Positions 29,874 to 39,854 of a stretch of DNA of 64,000 nucleotides are shown here, piece after piece. Under the pieces are notes generated by a model, which did no database searches, was not told the DNA's origin, and worked only from the letters and a program-made list of their open reading frames with translations. The position numbers and the translations under genes are program-made. Positions within the stretch are counted from its first letter, which is position 1; each line of letters starts with the position of its first letter. This DNA is from Acidobacteriota bacterium (lineage in GTDB: Bacteria > Acidobacteriota > UBA6911 > RPQK01 > JADFOI01): NCBI GenBank assembly GCA_963663035.1, contig OY760074.1:1600001-1664000 (forward strand), written 5' to 3'.

Positions 29874-31676
29874 ATGAAATGGAGAAAATCCTTGAGAGTG
29901 GGTGGTTTAACCATGGCTGCCATGAGTATTGGCCTGTACCTGGGAGGAGGAATGGGGGAAGTTCAGACGGCCCCCATCACCAGCGGGTACCAACAGGGTC
30001 CTGCCGACCAGCAGCAAGCTGTCCGTGTGAGGATGCATGATGAAGCGGAACTCGCGGCTGACCTTTTTCTCCCCGATGGGGAAGGCCCCTTCCCTACGCT
30101 GATCCGAAAGACACCCTACAATCGAGAGGGACGAAGCCGCGAAGCGCAGTTCTTCGCCGACAACGGGTACGCAGTTATGATCGTTAGTCAGCGCGGGCGC
30201 TTTGGCTCAGAGGGCATCTTCCACCAAGCCAAAAATGAAGGCTGGCTGGAACATAAGGACGGCTATGACACCATTGAGTGGGCAGCCCAGCAACCGTGGT
30301 CCAATGGAAAAATCGGAACCTACGGGGTCTCCTCCGATGCCCAGTGGCAGCACGCCACCGCCCCGACCCGGCCACCCCATCTGGTGGCCATGTTCACCAG
30401 TTACGCTGCCCACCATCGCGACGGAGGGCGGATGGAAGGTGGCATCCACACCTCCGCTGGGCCCACCTGGCACCACAACAACGGCGTGATTGGACGACCG
30501 CTGCGGACGGTGGAGGATTACACAGCCTGGCTCTCAGATTGGAAGGCTACTGGACTCCCTCTCATTGCCACCTTCCTCCATCCCGAACTGCTCGAGCAAT
30601 TCATCCACACCACCTATGACGACTACTGGAGGGACATCGACCCGGGCACCCGCTACCAGGACTATGATGTTCCCATCTACCACGAAAGCGGCTGGTATGA
30701 CCGCTACGTCCGCTGGACCTTTAAGAGCTTTAACGGCGTTCGCGAGAAGGGGTTCTCCCAGAAGGCACGCCAGTCTCAGAAGGTCATCATGGGTCCCTGG
30801 ACCCACGGTGGATCGGTGGCGCCTGAGTCGGACGTAGTCAAGTTTGGCCCGGCTGCCGAAATTGACCGCCGCGCCTTACATCTGCGCTGGTTTGACTACT
30901 GGCTCAAGGGCATCGACAACGGCATTATGAGTGAGCCTCCGGTGCGGGTCTATCTCATGGGAGCAGAGCGTTGGATCGAGGCCGACAGCTGGCCCTTGCC
31001 CGACACCCACTATGTAAAGTACTACCTGCGAGCCGGCCAGGGACAGCCCCAGAGGTCGCTAGGACTGCCCCGGGGCTCGCTAAACAATGGACGGCTCACT
31101 CAGCAACTGCCTGGATCGGAAGACCCAGACGAGTATGTGCATGATCCCTATGATCCCATCCCCACCATCGGTGGGCACGGAGGCTTCGGCCGGATGTGGG
31201 AGATGGGCCCTCTGGACCAGCGGCCCAGCGAGTCGCGGACCCTCACCTTTACCACCGACGTCCTAGAGGAAGATCTGGAAGTCGTTGGTGAGATCCGGAC
31301 AAGCTTCTTTGCCTCATCCTCAGCAGTAGACACCGACTTCGTCTTGACGCTCACAGACGTCTATCCCAACGGCAACTCGGCTCTTCTGCGGCAAAACGCG
31401 ATTCGGGCACGGTACCGGCTGAGCCTGGAAGAGGAGTCGCTGCTCACACCGGGCGAGATCTATGAGTTCACCTTGACTCTGGACGGTATCGCCAACGTTT
31501 TTAGAGCCGGACACAGGATTCGCCTGGGGATCGCTTCCAGCAGCTTCCCGTCCTATCTCCCAAATCCGGGAACAGAGAGCACCTATCTAGCCACAGAAGG
31601 GATCGTCGCTCGTAACGTCATCCACCATGACAGCGAGCACCCCTCTGCGATCGAGCTGCCGGTTAGGGGAAACTGA
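29874..31676 (+). CDS. CocE/NonD family hydrolase (exported)
   Basis: RKTPYN, DGYDTIEWAAQQPWSNGK, GWYD, GPWTH, PepX-C-like tail. Confidence 0.9.
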   Translation: MKWRKSLRVGGLTMAAMSIGLYLGGGMGEVQTAPITSGYQQGPADQQQAVRVRMHDEAELAADLFLPDGEGPFPTLIRKTPYNREGRSREAQFFADNGYAVMIVSQRGRFGSEGIFHQAKNEGWLEHKDGYDTIEWAAQQPWSNGKIGTYGVSSDAQWQHATAPTRPPHLVAMFTSYAAHHRDGGRMEGGIHTSAGPTWHHNNGVIGRPLRTVEDYTAWLSDWKATGLPLIATFLHPELLEQFIHTTYDDYWRDIDPGTRYQDYDVPIYHESGWYDRYVRWTFKSFNGVREKGFSQKARQSQKVIMGPWTHGGSVAPESDVVKFGPAAEIDRRALHLRWFDYWLKGIDNGIMSEPPVRVYLMGAERWIEADSWPLPDTHYVKYYLRAGQGQPQRSLGLPRGSLNNGRLTQQLPGSEDPDEYVHDPYDPIPTIGGHGGFGRMWEMGPLDQRPSESRTLTFTTDVLEEDLEVVGEIRTSFFASSSAVDTDFVLTLTDVYPNGNSALLRQNAIRARYRLSLEEESLLTPGEIYEFTLTLDGIANVFRAGHRIRLGIASSSFPSYLPNPGTESTYLATEGIVARNVIHHDSEHPSAIELPVRGN

Positions 31677-31679
31677 GGC

Positions 31680-31891
31680 TAGCCGGAATTATGCATAGGT
31701 TTTCGTGACGAAGTGCCGCAGGCGCCGCGATGACAAGGCGTGCGAGGGGTACCCGCCACGGGTCGGGCCCCGCAGGCGTACTCTTGCAGTACGCCGAGGA
31801 GCCCAAGGGGTACCCGCTTGCGGGTCGCACAACGCAGTCAGCGTGGATGATTGCGGCACTGCAGTAGAAAATTTATGCATAATCCCGGCTA
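31680..31891. mobile_element. MITE-like palindromic element, family A
   Basis: TAGCCGGAATTATGCATAGG...TTTATGCATAATCCCGGCTA; flanked by TA at both ends. Confidence 0.9.
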
Positions 31892-31946
31892 CAGGACACT
31901 CTGAAGTAAGGAACAAATTCGTGAAGGAAAGGAGAAGTTTGACACG

Positions 31947-34415
31947 ATGGTAATGGAGCCCCCGGCCAAACCCAAGAAAAAAGAGGCCAGTGGCCAAAAG
32001 CTGAGCAAAAAATGGGTGGGCCAGCCGATCAAGCGCCGCGAAGATCCTCGCCTCCTGACGGGTAGAGGAACCTTTGTGGATGACATCACCGTGCCCAACA
32101 TGCATCACGCCGCCATCCTGCGGAGCCCGCATGCCCATGCCAGAATTATCTCCTACGATACCCGTGAGGCACTGAACCATCCAGGCGTACTGGCCGTGTT
32201 GACAGGGGAAGAAGTCGGCCAGATGAGCAAGCCTTTCCCGGTCGGTGTGGTTGCACCTTTCAAGTACTACAGTGCAGCAGTGGGAAAAGTGCGCTACGTA
32301 GGAGAACCGGTTGCCGTGGTGGTCGCCTCTGATCGCTATGTGGCCGAAGACGCCGTGGAGTTGATCCAGGTCGAGTACGAGAGTCTGCCTCCCATTGTGA
32401 ACGTGGAAGCGGCAGTGGAGGCGGATGCGCCCGTTTTACACGAGGAACTGGGAAACAACATTGGCTGTCATCGACTGCTGAACTATGGCGACGTGGATCA
32501 GGCTTTTGAAGAAGCTGACCTGGTGCTCAAAGAGCGTTTTGTTTTCCCCCGCTACAGCTCTCTCCCTCTGGAAACCTACGCCGTCATTGCCGATTACGAC
32601 GCCATCACGAAAATGTTTACCGTCCACTCCAACTTTATGGGTCCCTTCAGCATGCATGCGGTGGCCGCAAGAGCTCTAGATATTGATGAAAACAAGCTGC
32701 GCTTCATTGTGCCTTCGGACATTGGTGGAAGCTTCGGCATCAAGAGTAGTATCTACCCCTATATGGTGCTCCTTTCTCTCGCCTCCAAAAAGGCTGGAAA
32801 ACCGGTCAAGTGGATCGAGGACCGCCAGGAGCATCTCATGGCCAGTTCCTGCCAGACCGACCGTGTGGCCTATCGCGAGGTAGCGGTCAAGAAGGACGGA
32901 ACACTGCTGGGCGTCAAGTCCAAGATTCTTGAAAATGTGGGGGCCTACCTGCGCGCTCCCGAGCCGGCCTGCACTTTTCGTCCCATCGGGAACTTCGTCG
33001 GACCTTACAAGGTCAGGAACGTGCAAATAGACGCCTACGATGTGATGACCAACAAATGCCCCACCGGACCGAACCGGGGATACGGATGTCAGCAGATCTA
33101 TTTCGAGCAGGAACGCATGATGGACAAGGTTGCTGAAGAACTAAAGCTGGATCCCATAGAGGTTCGCAGACAGAACCTCATCCCAGCTGAAGCCATGCCC
33201 TACACCACGCCTATGGGGGGGATCTATGACAGTGGAGACTACCCCAAGGGTATCGATCTGGTCGTAGAGATGAGCCAATACACGAAACTGCGCGAGACCC
33301 AGAAGAAAGCCCGCTCAGAGGGTCGTCTGTTTGGAATCGGGATTGCCGCCGGCGTTGATCCCTCCGTGTCCAACATGGGTTACATCACGATTGCCCTGCC
33401 CCCGGAATTCCGGGCAAGACCCGGCTACCTGCCCAAGTCAGGATCGGCCGAATCAGCCACCATCCAGATGAATCAACGCGGCAAGGTCAGCGTGACCATG
33501 GGCACCACCCCGCAGGGACAAGGGCATGAAACGGTCGTCACCCAGATCGTGGCCGACGAACTGGGTATCACTCCTGATGATGTGGTGGTTGTGGATGAAT
33601 TCGACACCGCCAAGCATGGCTGGAGCATCTCCTCGGGAACCTACGCCAGTCGTTTTGCTTCGGTTGGGACCAGTGCAGCGGTCCTGGCGGCTCGCAAGCT
33701 CAAAAAGAAGATCATTCATCTGGCCGCTGCACTTCTGTCTGCCCCCGAAGAGGATCTGATCATCGAGGAGGGAAAGGTTTTTGCCAAAGACGATCCGGAC
33801 AAAAATATGACCGTCAAGCGCGTTGCCGGCACCGCCCACTGGAACCACGAACTCCTCCCCGATGACATCGAAGCTGGATTGCAGGCCCGAGCCGTCTTTC
33901 GCTTCCCCTCAAACGTTGCTCCTGACCCTCAGGATCGGGTCAATTCTTCCAACACCTATGGTTTCATGGTGGAAATTGCCGTGGTCGAGGTGGACCCGGA
34001 CTCCGGGCAAGTCAAGATCCTGGACTGGTTCAGCGTCCACGATGCCGGAACCATTATCAACCCCATGATCCTGGAAGGCCAGGTATACGGAGGAGCATTG
34101 CATGGCATAGGAGGAGCCCTGTACGAAGAGTTAGCCTACGATGAAGAGGGTCAGTTCCTCACGGGCAGCTTCATGCACTACGTGTGCCCCACCTCGGTGG
34201 AAGCCCCGGTGTTGAAAATTGGCCACACCTGCTCGCCTTCACCTCTGACGCCTCTTGGATCCAAGGGGGCCGGGGAGAGCAGCAGCGAAACAGCTCCGGC
34301 CGCCATCGCCGGCGCGGTTGGCGATGCCCTGCGGCCTTTGGGAATCAACGTGAACGAACTGCCCTTGAATCCCAAGAAGGTTTGGGCACTCCTTCACCCA
34401 TCTCAGGAGAAATGA
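31947..34415 (+). CDS. Xanthine dehydrogenase family Mo-binding large subunit (2-furoyl-CoA dehydrogenase HmfA-like)
   Basis: RREDPRLLTG, IGGSFG, YLRAPEPA, NRGYG, PSVSNMGY, QGQGHET, SGTYASR, KGAGE. Confidence 0.88.
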   Translation: MVMEPPAKPKKKEASGQKLSKKWVGQPIKRREDPRLLTGRGTFVDDITVPNMHHAAILRSPHAHARIISYDTREALNHPGVLAVLTGEEVGQMSKPFPVGVVAPFKYYSAAVGKVRYVGEPVAVVVASDRYVAEDAVELIQVEYESLPPIVNVEAAVEADAPVLHEELGNNIGCHRLLNYGDVDQAFEEADLVLKERFVFPRYSSLPLETYAVIADYDAITKMFTVHSNFMGPFSMHAVAARALDIDENKLRFIVPSDIGGSFGIKSSIYPYMVLLSLASKKAGKPVKWIEDRQEHLMASSCQTDRVAYREVAVKKDGTLLGVKSKILENVGAYLRAPEPACTFRPIGNFVGPYKVRNVQIDAYDVMTNKCPTGPNRGYGCQQIYFEQERMMDKVAEELKLDPIEVRRQNLIPAEAMPYTTPMGGIYDSGDYPKGIDLVVEMSQYTKLRETQKKARSEGRLFGIGIAAGVDPSVSNMGYITIALPPEFRARPGYLPKSGSAESATIQMNQRGKVSVTMGTTPQGQGHETVVTQIVADELGITPDDVVVVDEFDTAKHGWSISSGTYASRFASVGTSAAVLAARKLKKKIIHLAAALLSAPEEDLIIEEGKVFAKDDPDKNMTVKRVAGTAHWNHELLPDDIEAGLQARAVFRFPSNVAPDPQDRVNSSNTYGFMVEIAVVEVDPDSGQVKILDWFSVHDAGTIINPMILEGQVYGGALHGIGGALYEELAYDEEGQFLTGSFMHYVCPTSVEAPVLKIGHTCSPSPLTPLGSKGAGESSSETAPAAIAGAVGDALRPLGINVNELPLNPKKVWALLHPSQEK

Positions 34416-34431
34416 CAGTTTCCAGCACAAC

Positions 34432-35319
34432 ATGAAACCTCCAAAGTTCGACTATTTCGACCCCACCACCGTCCAGGAAGCTCTCGATCTGCTGAAGCAA
34501 TACGGTGACGATGCCAAGCTTCTGGCCGGAGGTCAGTCTCTGGTACCGCTGCTGAACTTCAGGCTGGCTCATCCCCAGGTTCTCATTGACATCAATCGGA
34601 TCAAAGAGATGGATTATGTCCGCGAATCCAATGGGAAATTAGCCATTGGTGCCCTGACCCGGCAAAGGACGCTGGAAGTCTCCCCGACCATTCGCTCCAA
34701 GTGCGGCCTGCTCACCGATTCAGCCGAGTTGATCGGACACCCTCAGATCCGCAACCGCGGCACCGTGGGAGGCAGTCTGGCTCACGCCGATCCTACAGCC
34801 GAACTGACGGCCATTGCCAAGGCCCTGGATGCTGAGATGACCATGCGCAGTCATGAAGGAGAGCGAACGATCCCGGCAAAGGATTTCTTCGTCACGGTGA
34901 TGACCACAGCCATTGAACCCTCTGAGATGCTGGTCGAAATCCAGTTCCCCTCCCTGGCACCCTCAGCTGGATGGGCCTTTGAGGAGTTTGTTTTGCGTCA
35001 TGGGGACTTCGCGGTGGTCGGCGTCACCGCCATTTTGACACTCGACGGGCAGCAAAAGTGCACCTCGGCCCGTCTGGCGGCTATTGGAGTTGATGAAACT
35101 CCCTTCAGAGATCCGGAAATAGAAAAGCTTCTCCAGGGTGAGAAGATCACTGATCCGCTTCTGGAAGAAGTGGCCAGCCGTATGAGCGAAGGAATCGATC
35201 CCTTTACTGATCTTCATGCTTCGGCGGAGCAGAGGAAACATCTGGCTGGTGTTCTGGCCAAGAAAGCTTTGAGGAAAGCCGAGAAAGAGGCCCTGCGAAA
35301 GCTGAAGGAGGAGAACTGA
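34432..35319 (+). CDS. FAD-binding medium subunit (CoxM/HmfB-like)
   Basis: LAGGQSL, IRNRGTVGGSLAHADP. Confidence 0.92.
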   Translation: MKPPKFDYFDPTTVQEALDLLKQYGDDAKLLAGGQSLVPLLNFRLAHPQVLIDINRIKEMDYVRESNGKLAIGALTRQRTLEVSPTIRSKCGLLTDSAELIGHPQIRNRGTVGGSLAHADPTAELTAIAKALDAEMTMRSHEGERTIPAKDFFVTVMTTAIEPSEMLVEIQFPSLAPSAGWAFEEFVLRHGDFAVVGVTAILTLDGQQKCTSARLAAIGVDETPFRDPEIEKLLQGEKITDPLLEEVASRMSEGIDPFTDLHASAEQRKHLAGVLAKKALRKAEKEALRKLKEEN

Positions 35320-35324
35320 AAACA

Positions 35325-35810
35325 ATGCCTCAAGAGTTCCGATCCATCCAGATAACGGTCAACGGAGAGACCTACCACAGGCAAGTCGAGCCCAGGCGTT
35401 TGCTGTCGGATTTTCTGCGCGACGATCTGAACCTGCGGGGCACCCACGTGGGCTGTGAACATGGGATCTGCGGGGCCTGCACGATCCTGCTGAACGGCGA
35501 AACAGCACGCTCGTGCTTAATGTTTGCGGTCCAGGCGGATGGCGCCAAGATTACCACGGTTGAGGGGTTGGCCCAAAACGGCGAACTGCACCCCGTACAG
35601 CAAGCTTTCTGGGAAAATCATGGTCTGCAATGTGGCTTTTGTACTCCTGGATTTCTACTGACCGCTTTTGAACTGCTGGAAAGAAATCCCAACCCCACCG
35701 AACAGGAAGTAAGGGTGGGTCTTTCTGGAAACATGTGCCGCTGCACAGGCTACCAGGGAATCATCCAGTCAGTCCTGGCGGCTGCCGAGAAGATGAAAGG
35801 TCAGAAGTAG
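35325..35810 (+). CDS. [2Fe-2S] small subunit (CoxS/HmfC-like)
   Basis: GCEHGICGAC, QCGFC, NMCRCTGY. Confidence 0.94.
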   Translation: MPQEFRSIQITVNGETYHRQVEPRRLLSDFLRDDLNLRGTHVGCEHGICGACTILLNGETARSCLMFAVQADGAKITTVEGLAQNGELHPVQQAFWENHGLQCGFCTPGFLLTAFELLERNPNPTEQEVRVGLSGNMCRCTGYQGIIQSVLAAAEKMKGQK

Positions 35811-35880
35811 GAAGATTAGGGACAGGCCCAGATCTCCTTCCCAAACTCCTGTTGTTCCTGGTCTCCGTCGGGGGCTGGCA

Positions 35881-36483
35881 CTAATCTCGTTTCGAAAAGA
35901 TCTCCAAACACTCCCTGTAGTCCCCCGGCGTATCCATATCCTTCATGGTAAAGGGATTGTCCACCGGCACATGAGAGACGGAGTTTCGGAACTTCTGGAT
36001 GATTCCGTCCACCGGCTCCCCAGGCTTTAAGGCCAGGATCTCCCGCCTCAGTGAAATATCGAACAACACGGGGCGCCCTTCCTGGTCTTCAAAGGTTGGA
36101 ATAAACATCTTCGACTGAGCCTTCCGGCTCCGGAAGGCCTTGACGAGAGCATCGATCTCCCTGTGTGTGACCAGAGGATGGTCCACGGGAAGATTCAAAA
36201 AAGCCACTGTGGCCGGGTCCATCGCTTCCAGGGCACACTGAAAAGAGCTGGTCTGACCCTTCCTGTAGTCGGAATTCACCACCACTTGAGCACCTGAGAA
36301 ATCAACCTGCTCCAGAATCTTCTCCTTCTCATGTCCCAGAACCACCACCACGTTGTCTACCCGGGACTGCCGACACTCCTCCAGAAGGAGAGAGAGCAGC
36401 GGTACCCCTCCAAAGTCCAGGAGAGGCTTAGAAGTTTTCATTCTGAGGGAGAGTCCAGCGGCCAGCAGGATCTGCGTGATCAT
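35881..36483 (-). CDS. MocA-like molybdenum cofactor nucleotidyltransferase
   Basis: LAAGLSLRM..KPLL, DHP, DMDTPGDY; start reassigned to ATG 36483. Confidence 0.85.
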   Translation of the reverse strand: MITQILLAAGLSLRMKTSKPLLDFGGVPLLSLLLEECRQSRVDNVVVVLGHEKEKILEQVDFSGAQVVVNSDYRKGQTSSFQCALEAMDPATVAFLNLPVDHPLVTHREIDALVKAFRSRKAQSKMFIPTFEDQEGRPVLFDISLRREILALKPGEPVDGIIQKFRNSVSHVPVDNPFTMKDMDTPGDYRECLEIFSKRD

Positions 36484-36489
36484 GATTAA

Positions 36490-36515
36490 GAAATATGGGG
36501 AGGTCCCCATATTTC
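36490..36515. repeat. Perfect palindrome between ubiD and mocA
   Basis: GAAATATGGGGA-GG-TCCCCATATTTC. Confidence 0.6.
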
Positions 36516-38018
36516 CTATTCTTTCTCCTGCCCTTCCATCCGTTCCGCATGGTAGTCCAGCAGTCCCTCCATCCAGGCTGGCATGTCAAAAGCAGGCAAG
36601 CCCGCCTCTTTCCAGCTTTCATAGCCCTTGAACAAAAGGTCCTTGGGAGGGAGGGACAGGTCGGGTTGAGGGCCGATTTCCGTAGCATCGATGACCAGCT
36701 TGGAGCCAATGCCGTCTTGTGCAGAAGGGTCGTAGATCTGGTAGACGTCTTTGATGATCACCAGATCCCGCGCCGGGTTGACACGAGAATTGATCATCCA
36801 GTCCAAATGCTGCTGGTGGCGGATATCTATGTCGGAATTGACGACCATGACCGTCTTGAAAAAAACACCCATCTCGGCCACCAATCGGCCCACCCTCTTG
36901 GCATGTCCCGGGTAGGTGGGATTCATCTGGACCACCACAGAGCCCAGCAAACCTCCATGGGTCTGATTGATTGACACATCCAGCACGGTGGGCTCGGACC
37001 AATCGTCAACCAGCAGCTTATGGATGACGCATTCATTGGCCTGGCCTTGTATCAAGGTGCTTTCGCTGGGCGGATGCTGGCTGATGTAGCCGTAGTAGAT
37101 GGGATCCTTTCGGTGAGTGATGCACTGGACATCGAAAAAGGGCCGCTCTCCAACGGGGCCCATGTAGCCGGCAAACTCTCCAAAACTCTCTTCCACCATT
37201 CGTCCGGTGGGATGCAGTTCCCCCTCCACGATGATTTCGGCCTGGGCCGGCACCAGCAGGTCAGAGGTCTTGGCCCGCACCATTTCAATGGGAGCACCTT
37301 TGAAGCCGCCCGCTACCGTAATCTCGTCTATCCCTTTGGGCAAAGCCCCGGCGGTGGCCAGGTGTACGGCCGGTTCACAGGTAATGGCCACGGCCACAGG
37401 AGCGGGTTTTCCTTTGAGGGCATAGGATTGATAATTTTCATAGGCCTGCCGGCCTGGATTCGTATTGAGCGTAGCTCGGTTCTTGGACTGGACCTGACAG
37501 CGATAGGTTCCCATGTTCTGCACTTCCTTGTCGCAATCCTTGGTGATCACGCAGGCCGTAATGCAGGGTTTGAGATCTTTTCCGGGCGTCCAGATCGGTA
37601 CAGGAAGATTGGCAAGATCAACCTCTTCCCGCCCCACAACGACTTCCTGAGCAGGAGCCGATTGCACTTCCTGGGGCGCGATGGGCTGGCGCAGAGCCTC
37701 CATCCAGACTTCATGGATTCGATCCGGTGTCGTACCCAAGGCCAGTGCATAGACCTCCCGTGAAGCTCCGATCAAAGGAGTGGCTACCGGCATGGTTGAG
37801 CCCTTGACATTCTCAAAGAGCATCCCAAAACGCTCCTCCATAGGAAGACCCTGATAAATCCAGCGCGCCATGCAGGACAGTTCCCAGCTCGGATCCACTT
37901 CCTTGCTGACCCGCTGGAGTTTGCCGTGAGCCTCCAGCTCATCGATGAACTCCCGCATACTTCCGCACATCTTGCGCCGACTTTTGTCCTTCTGGCTCTT
38001 TTCCATGCTGATTGTCAT
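36516..38018 (-). CDS. UbiD family prFMN-dependent (de)carboxylase
   Basis: LFENVKG, NMGTYR, AEIIVEG, EESFGEFAGY, ITHRKDPI, SKLVIDAT; start uncertain. Confidence 0.9.
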   Translation of the reverse strand: MTISMEKSQKDKSRRKMCGSMREFIDELEAHGKLQRVSKEVDPSWELSCMARWIYQGLPMEERFGMLFENVKGSTMPVATPLIGASREVYALALGTTPDRIHEVWMEALRQPIAPQEVQSAPAQEVVVGREEVDLANLPVPIWTPGKDLKPCITACVITKDCDKEVQNMGTYRCQVQSKNRATLNTNPGRQAYENYQSYALKGKPAPVAVAITCEPAVHLATAGALPKGIDEITVAGGFKGAPIEMVRAKTSDLLVPAQAEIIVEGELHPTGRMVEESFGEFAGYMGPVGERPFFDVQCITHRKDPIYYGYISQHPPSESTLIQGQANECVIHKLLVDDWSEPTVLDVSINQTHGGLLGSVVVQMNPTYPGHAKRVGRLVAEMGVFFKTVMVVNSDIDIRHQQHLDWMINSRVNPARDLVIIKDVYQIYDPSAQDGIGSKLVIDATEIGPQPDLSLPPKDLLFKGYESWKEAGLPAFDMPAWMEGLLDYHAERMEGQEKE

Positions 38019-38060
38019 GGGGGGAATTCTCGCTTACCCGGACCGTCCTTGTAAAGCCCA

Positions 38061-38084
38061 TTCGGGGCCTGAGGCCCCTCCCAC
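38061..38084 (-). repeat. REP-like palindrome
   Basis: Identical to 8537-8560; lies just past the TRAP permease stop. Confidence 0.75.
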
Positions 38085-38086
38085 CG

Positions 38087-39835
38087 TCACCAACCCTCGC
38101 CCTTTCCCAACGAGGCGACGAACTGCAAAGCCACTGCTGCGGCCAGAATGACTATGACTGCCAGCACCAGGGAGACCAGGATCTCTCGCGGTTGGCCAAT
38201 GAGCATCAGCGCGGGCCGGTACATGACCAGGAAAGGTATCAGGTAGCCCGCTATCCCGAGGCGGAAGGCCGTAAACCCGGTTCGGGTGACATCGGAAACG
38301 GCAATGGCAGAGGCCGCATAGGCAGCCAGCGCCACAGGAGGGGTGATGGCCCCGATGGAACTGCAAAAGAAGATGAAAAAGTGCGATGCCAGCGGCTCGA
38401 AGCCGGCCGCCACCAGTGCCGGCACGGTCAGTCCCGCCACGATGATGTACACCGCCGTGGGTGGCACGGCCATGCCCAGACACAGGCATGTCAGCATTGC
38501 CACCGCCAGCAGCAGCAGAGGCTGTCCCTCAGCCAATGCGACAAGCGCTCCGGAAAGAGTAAATCCCAGGCCGGTCAGGTTGATAATTCCCACAATGAGA
38601 CCCGCCGAAGCACAGGCCACGGCAATGGGAATGACCTTTCGGGCCGCTCCCTCCAGAGCGGCCAGCAGCTTCGACAGGTTGAACCGCGTATGGGCTCGAA
38701 GAAAAGAAAGAGCCACCGTCAGACCCATGGCCCAGAAGGCCGCTAGCATCAGGCTGCGCCCGCGAAAGATCAGAATCACCAGAACGATCATGGGAGGAAT
38801 CATGTGGCCGTACTGGAAGAGGGTCGCCGACAAGCGGGGCGGCGATTCGCCGGATTGAATCCGGAGATCCTTTCGCCAGGCAGTGAAGTAAACGACCATC
38901 ATCAGGGAGAAGAAATACAGCAGCGCTGGTAAAATGGCGGCCTTGGCCACTTCCACATAAGGGATGTTCAGAAATTGGGCGATCAGGAAGGCTCCAGCCC
39001 CCATCAAGGGCGGAGTAAACATGCCCCCGGTGGAGGCCACGGCTTCAATGGCTCCCGCCATGTGGCTTTGAAATCCCGTGCGCTTCATCAGAGGGATGGT
39101 GAAGTTCCCAGTCGTCACCACGTTGGCCACGGGAGAACCGGAAAGCATTCCCATGATGGCACTGGAAAGGATGGCGCTCAGGGCCGGTCCCCCTCGCATA
39201 CGCCCCGTCAAACTATAGCTCAGATCAATGAACCAGCGGTCTCCTCCCGAGTGGGTCAGAAGCATCCCGAAGAGCACAAACATGATGACGAAGGTGGCAG
39301 AGATTTCCATGGGAAGACCGTAGACCCCACCGTTGCCAAGATAGAGGGTGCCCACCAGCCGGTCAAGACCGTAGCCTCGATGAAGAAAAATGCCCGGTGC
39401 AAAGCGACCGAAGACTCCGTAGAGGAGGAAAAGCACCACCAGAAGAGGAAGAAACCATCCGATGCTGCGGCGGGTAGCCTCCAACACCAGCAGGATCATT
39501 AAAGTGCCCAGGAGGAGCTCCCAATTGTTCACCAGCCCGGTTCGTTCAATGTAGTATGGCCAGTCCAAGAACACAAAACCGCTGGAGGTCACGGTCAGGG
39601 CCGCCAGCACAATATCGGTGCGGCCCGGGGTGCCTTTCACTGAGCTGTCTCGTCGATAGATCAGAAAAACAGCAGTGGACAGAAGGCCCCAGTGCACCAT
39701 GCGGTTGTAGGTGGGGGCCAGCAAACTGAAGGCATTGGCATAGAGGGCAAAAACGGAGGTACTGATGAGGATCCATCGAACGGTCGAAGACCAGCTCCCG
39801 GGCCGATGACTGTCAACTGATGCAGGACTGTTCAT
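38087..39835 (-). CDS. TRAP transporter fused permease (4TM/12TM, TAXI type)
   Basis: LEATRRSIG, RGGPA, SGSPVANVVTTG, IEAVASTGG, ITPPVALAAYA. Confidence 0.9.
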   Translation of the reverse strand: MNSPASVDSHRPGSWSSTVRWILISTSVFALYANAFSLLAPTYNRMVHWGLLSTAVFLIYRRDSSVKGTPGRTDIVLAALTVTSSGFVFLDWPYYIERTGLVNNWELLLGTLMILLVLEATRRSIGWFLPLLVVLFLLYGVFGRFAPGIFLHRGYGLDRLVGTLYLGNGGVYGLPMEISATFVIMFVLFGMLLTHSGGDRWFIDLSYSLTGRMRGGPALSAILSSAIMGMLSGSPVANVVTTGNFTIPLMKRTGFQSHMAGAIEAVASTGGMFTPPLMGAGAFLIAQFLNIPYVEVAKAAILPALLYFFSLMMVVYFTAWRKDLRIQSGESPPRLSATLFQYGHMIPPMIVLVILIFRGRSLMLAAFWAMGLTVALSFLRAHTRFNLSKLLAALEGAARKVIPIAVACASAGLIVGIINLTGLGFTLSGALVALAEGQPLLLLAVAMLTCLCLGMAVPPTAVYIIVAGLTVPALVAAGFEPLASHFFIFFCSSIGAITPPVALAAYAASAIAVSDVTRTGFTAFRLGIAGYLIPFLVMYRPALMLIGQPREILVSLVLAVIVILAAAVALQFVASLGKGEGW

Positions 39836-39854
39836 TTGCTCAACTCTTCTTCTC

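Noticed and set aside
31689-32180. Similar ORFs (MHKFSTAVPQ.../MTKCRRRR...) recurring at 11802, 31689, 31705, 39832 and 39836
   Set aside because: Translations of the family A repeat, not a gene family.
31947-35810. Aerobic CO dehydrogenase
   Set aside because: Lacks the AYxCSFR active-site loop, and the gene order is L-M-S.
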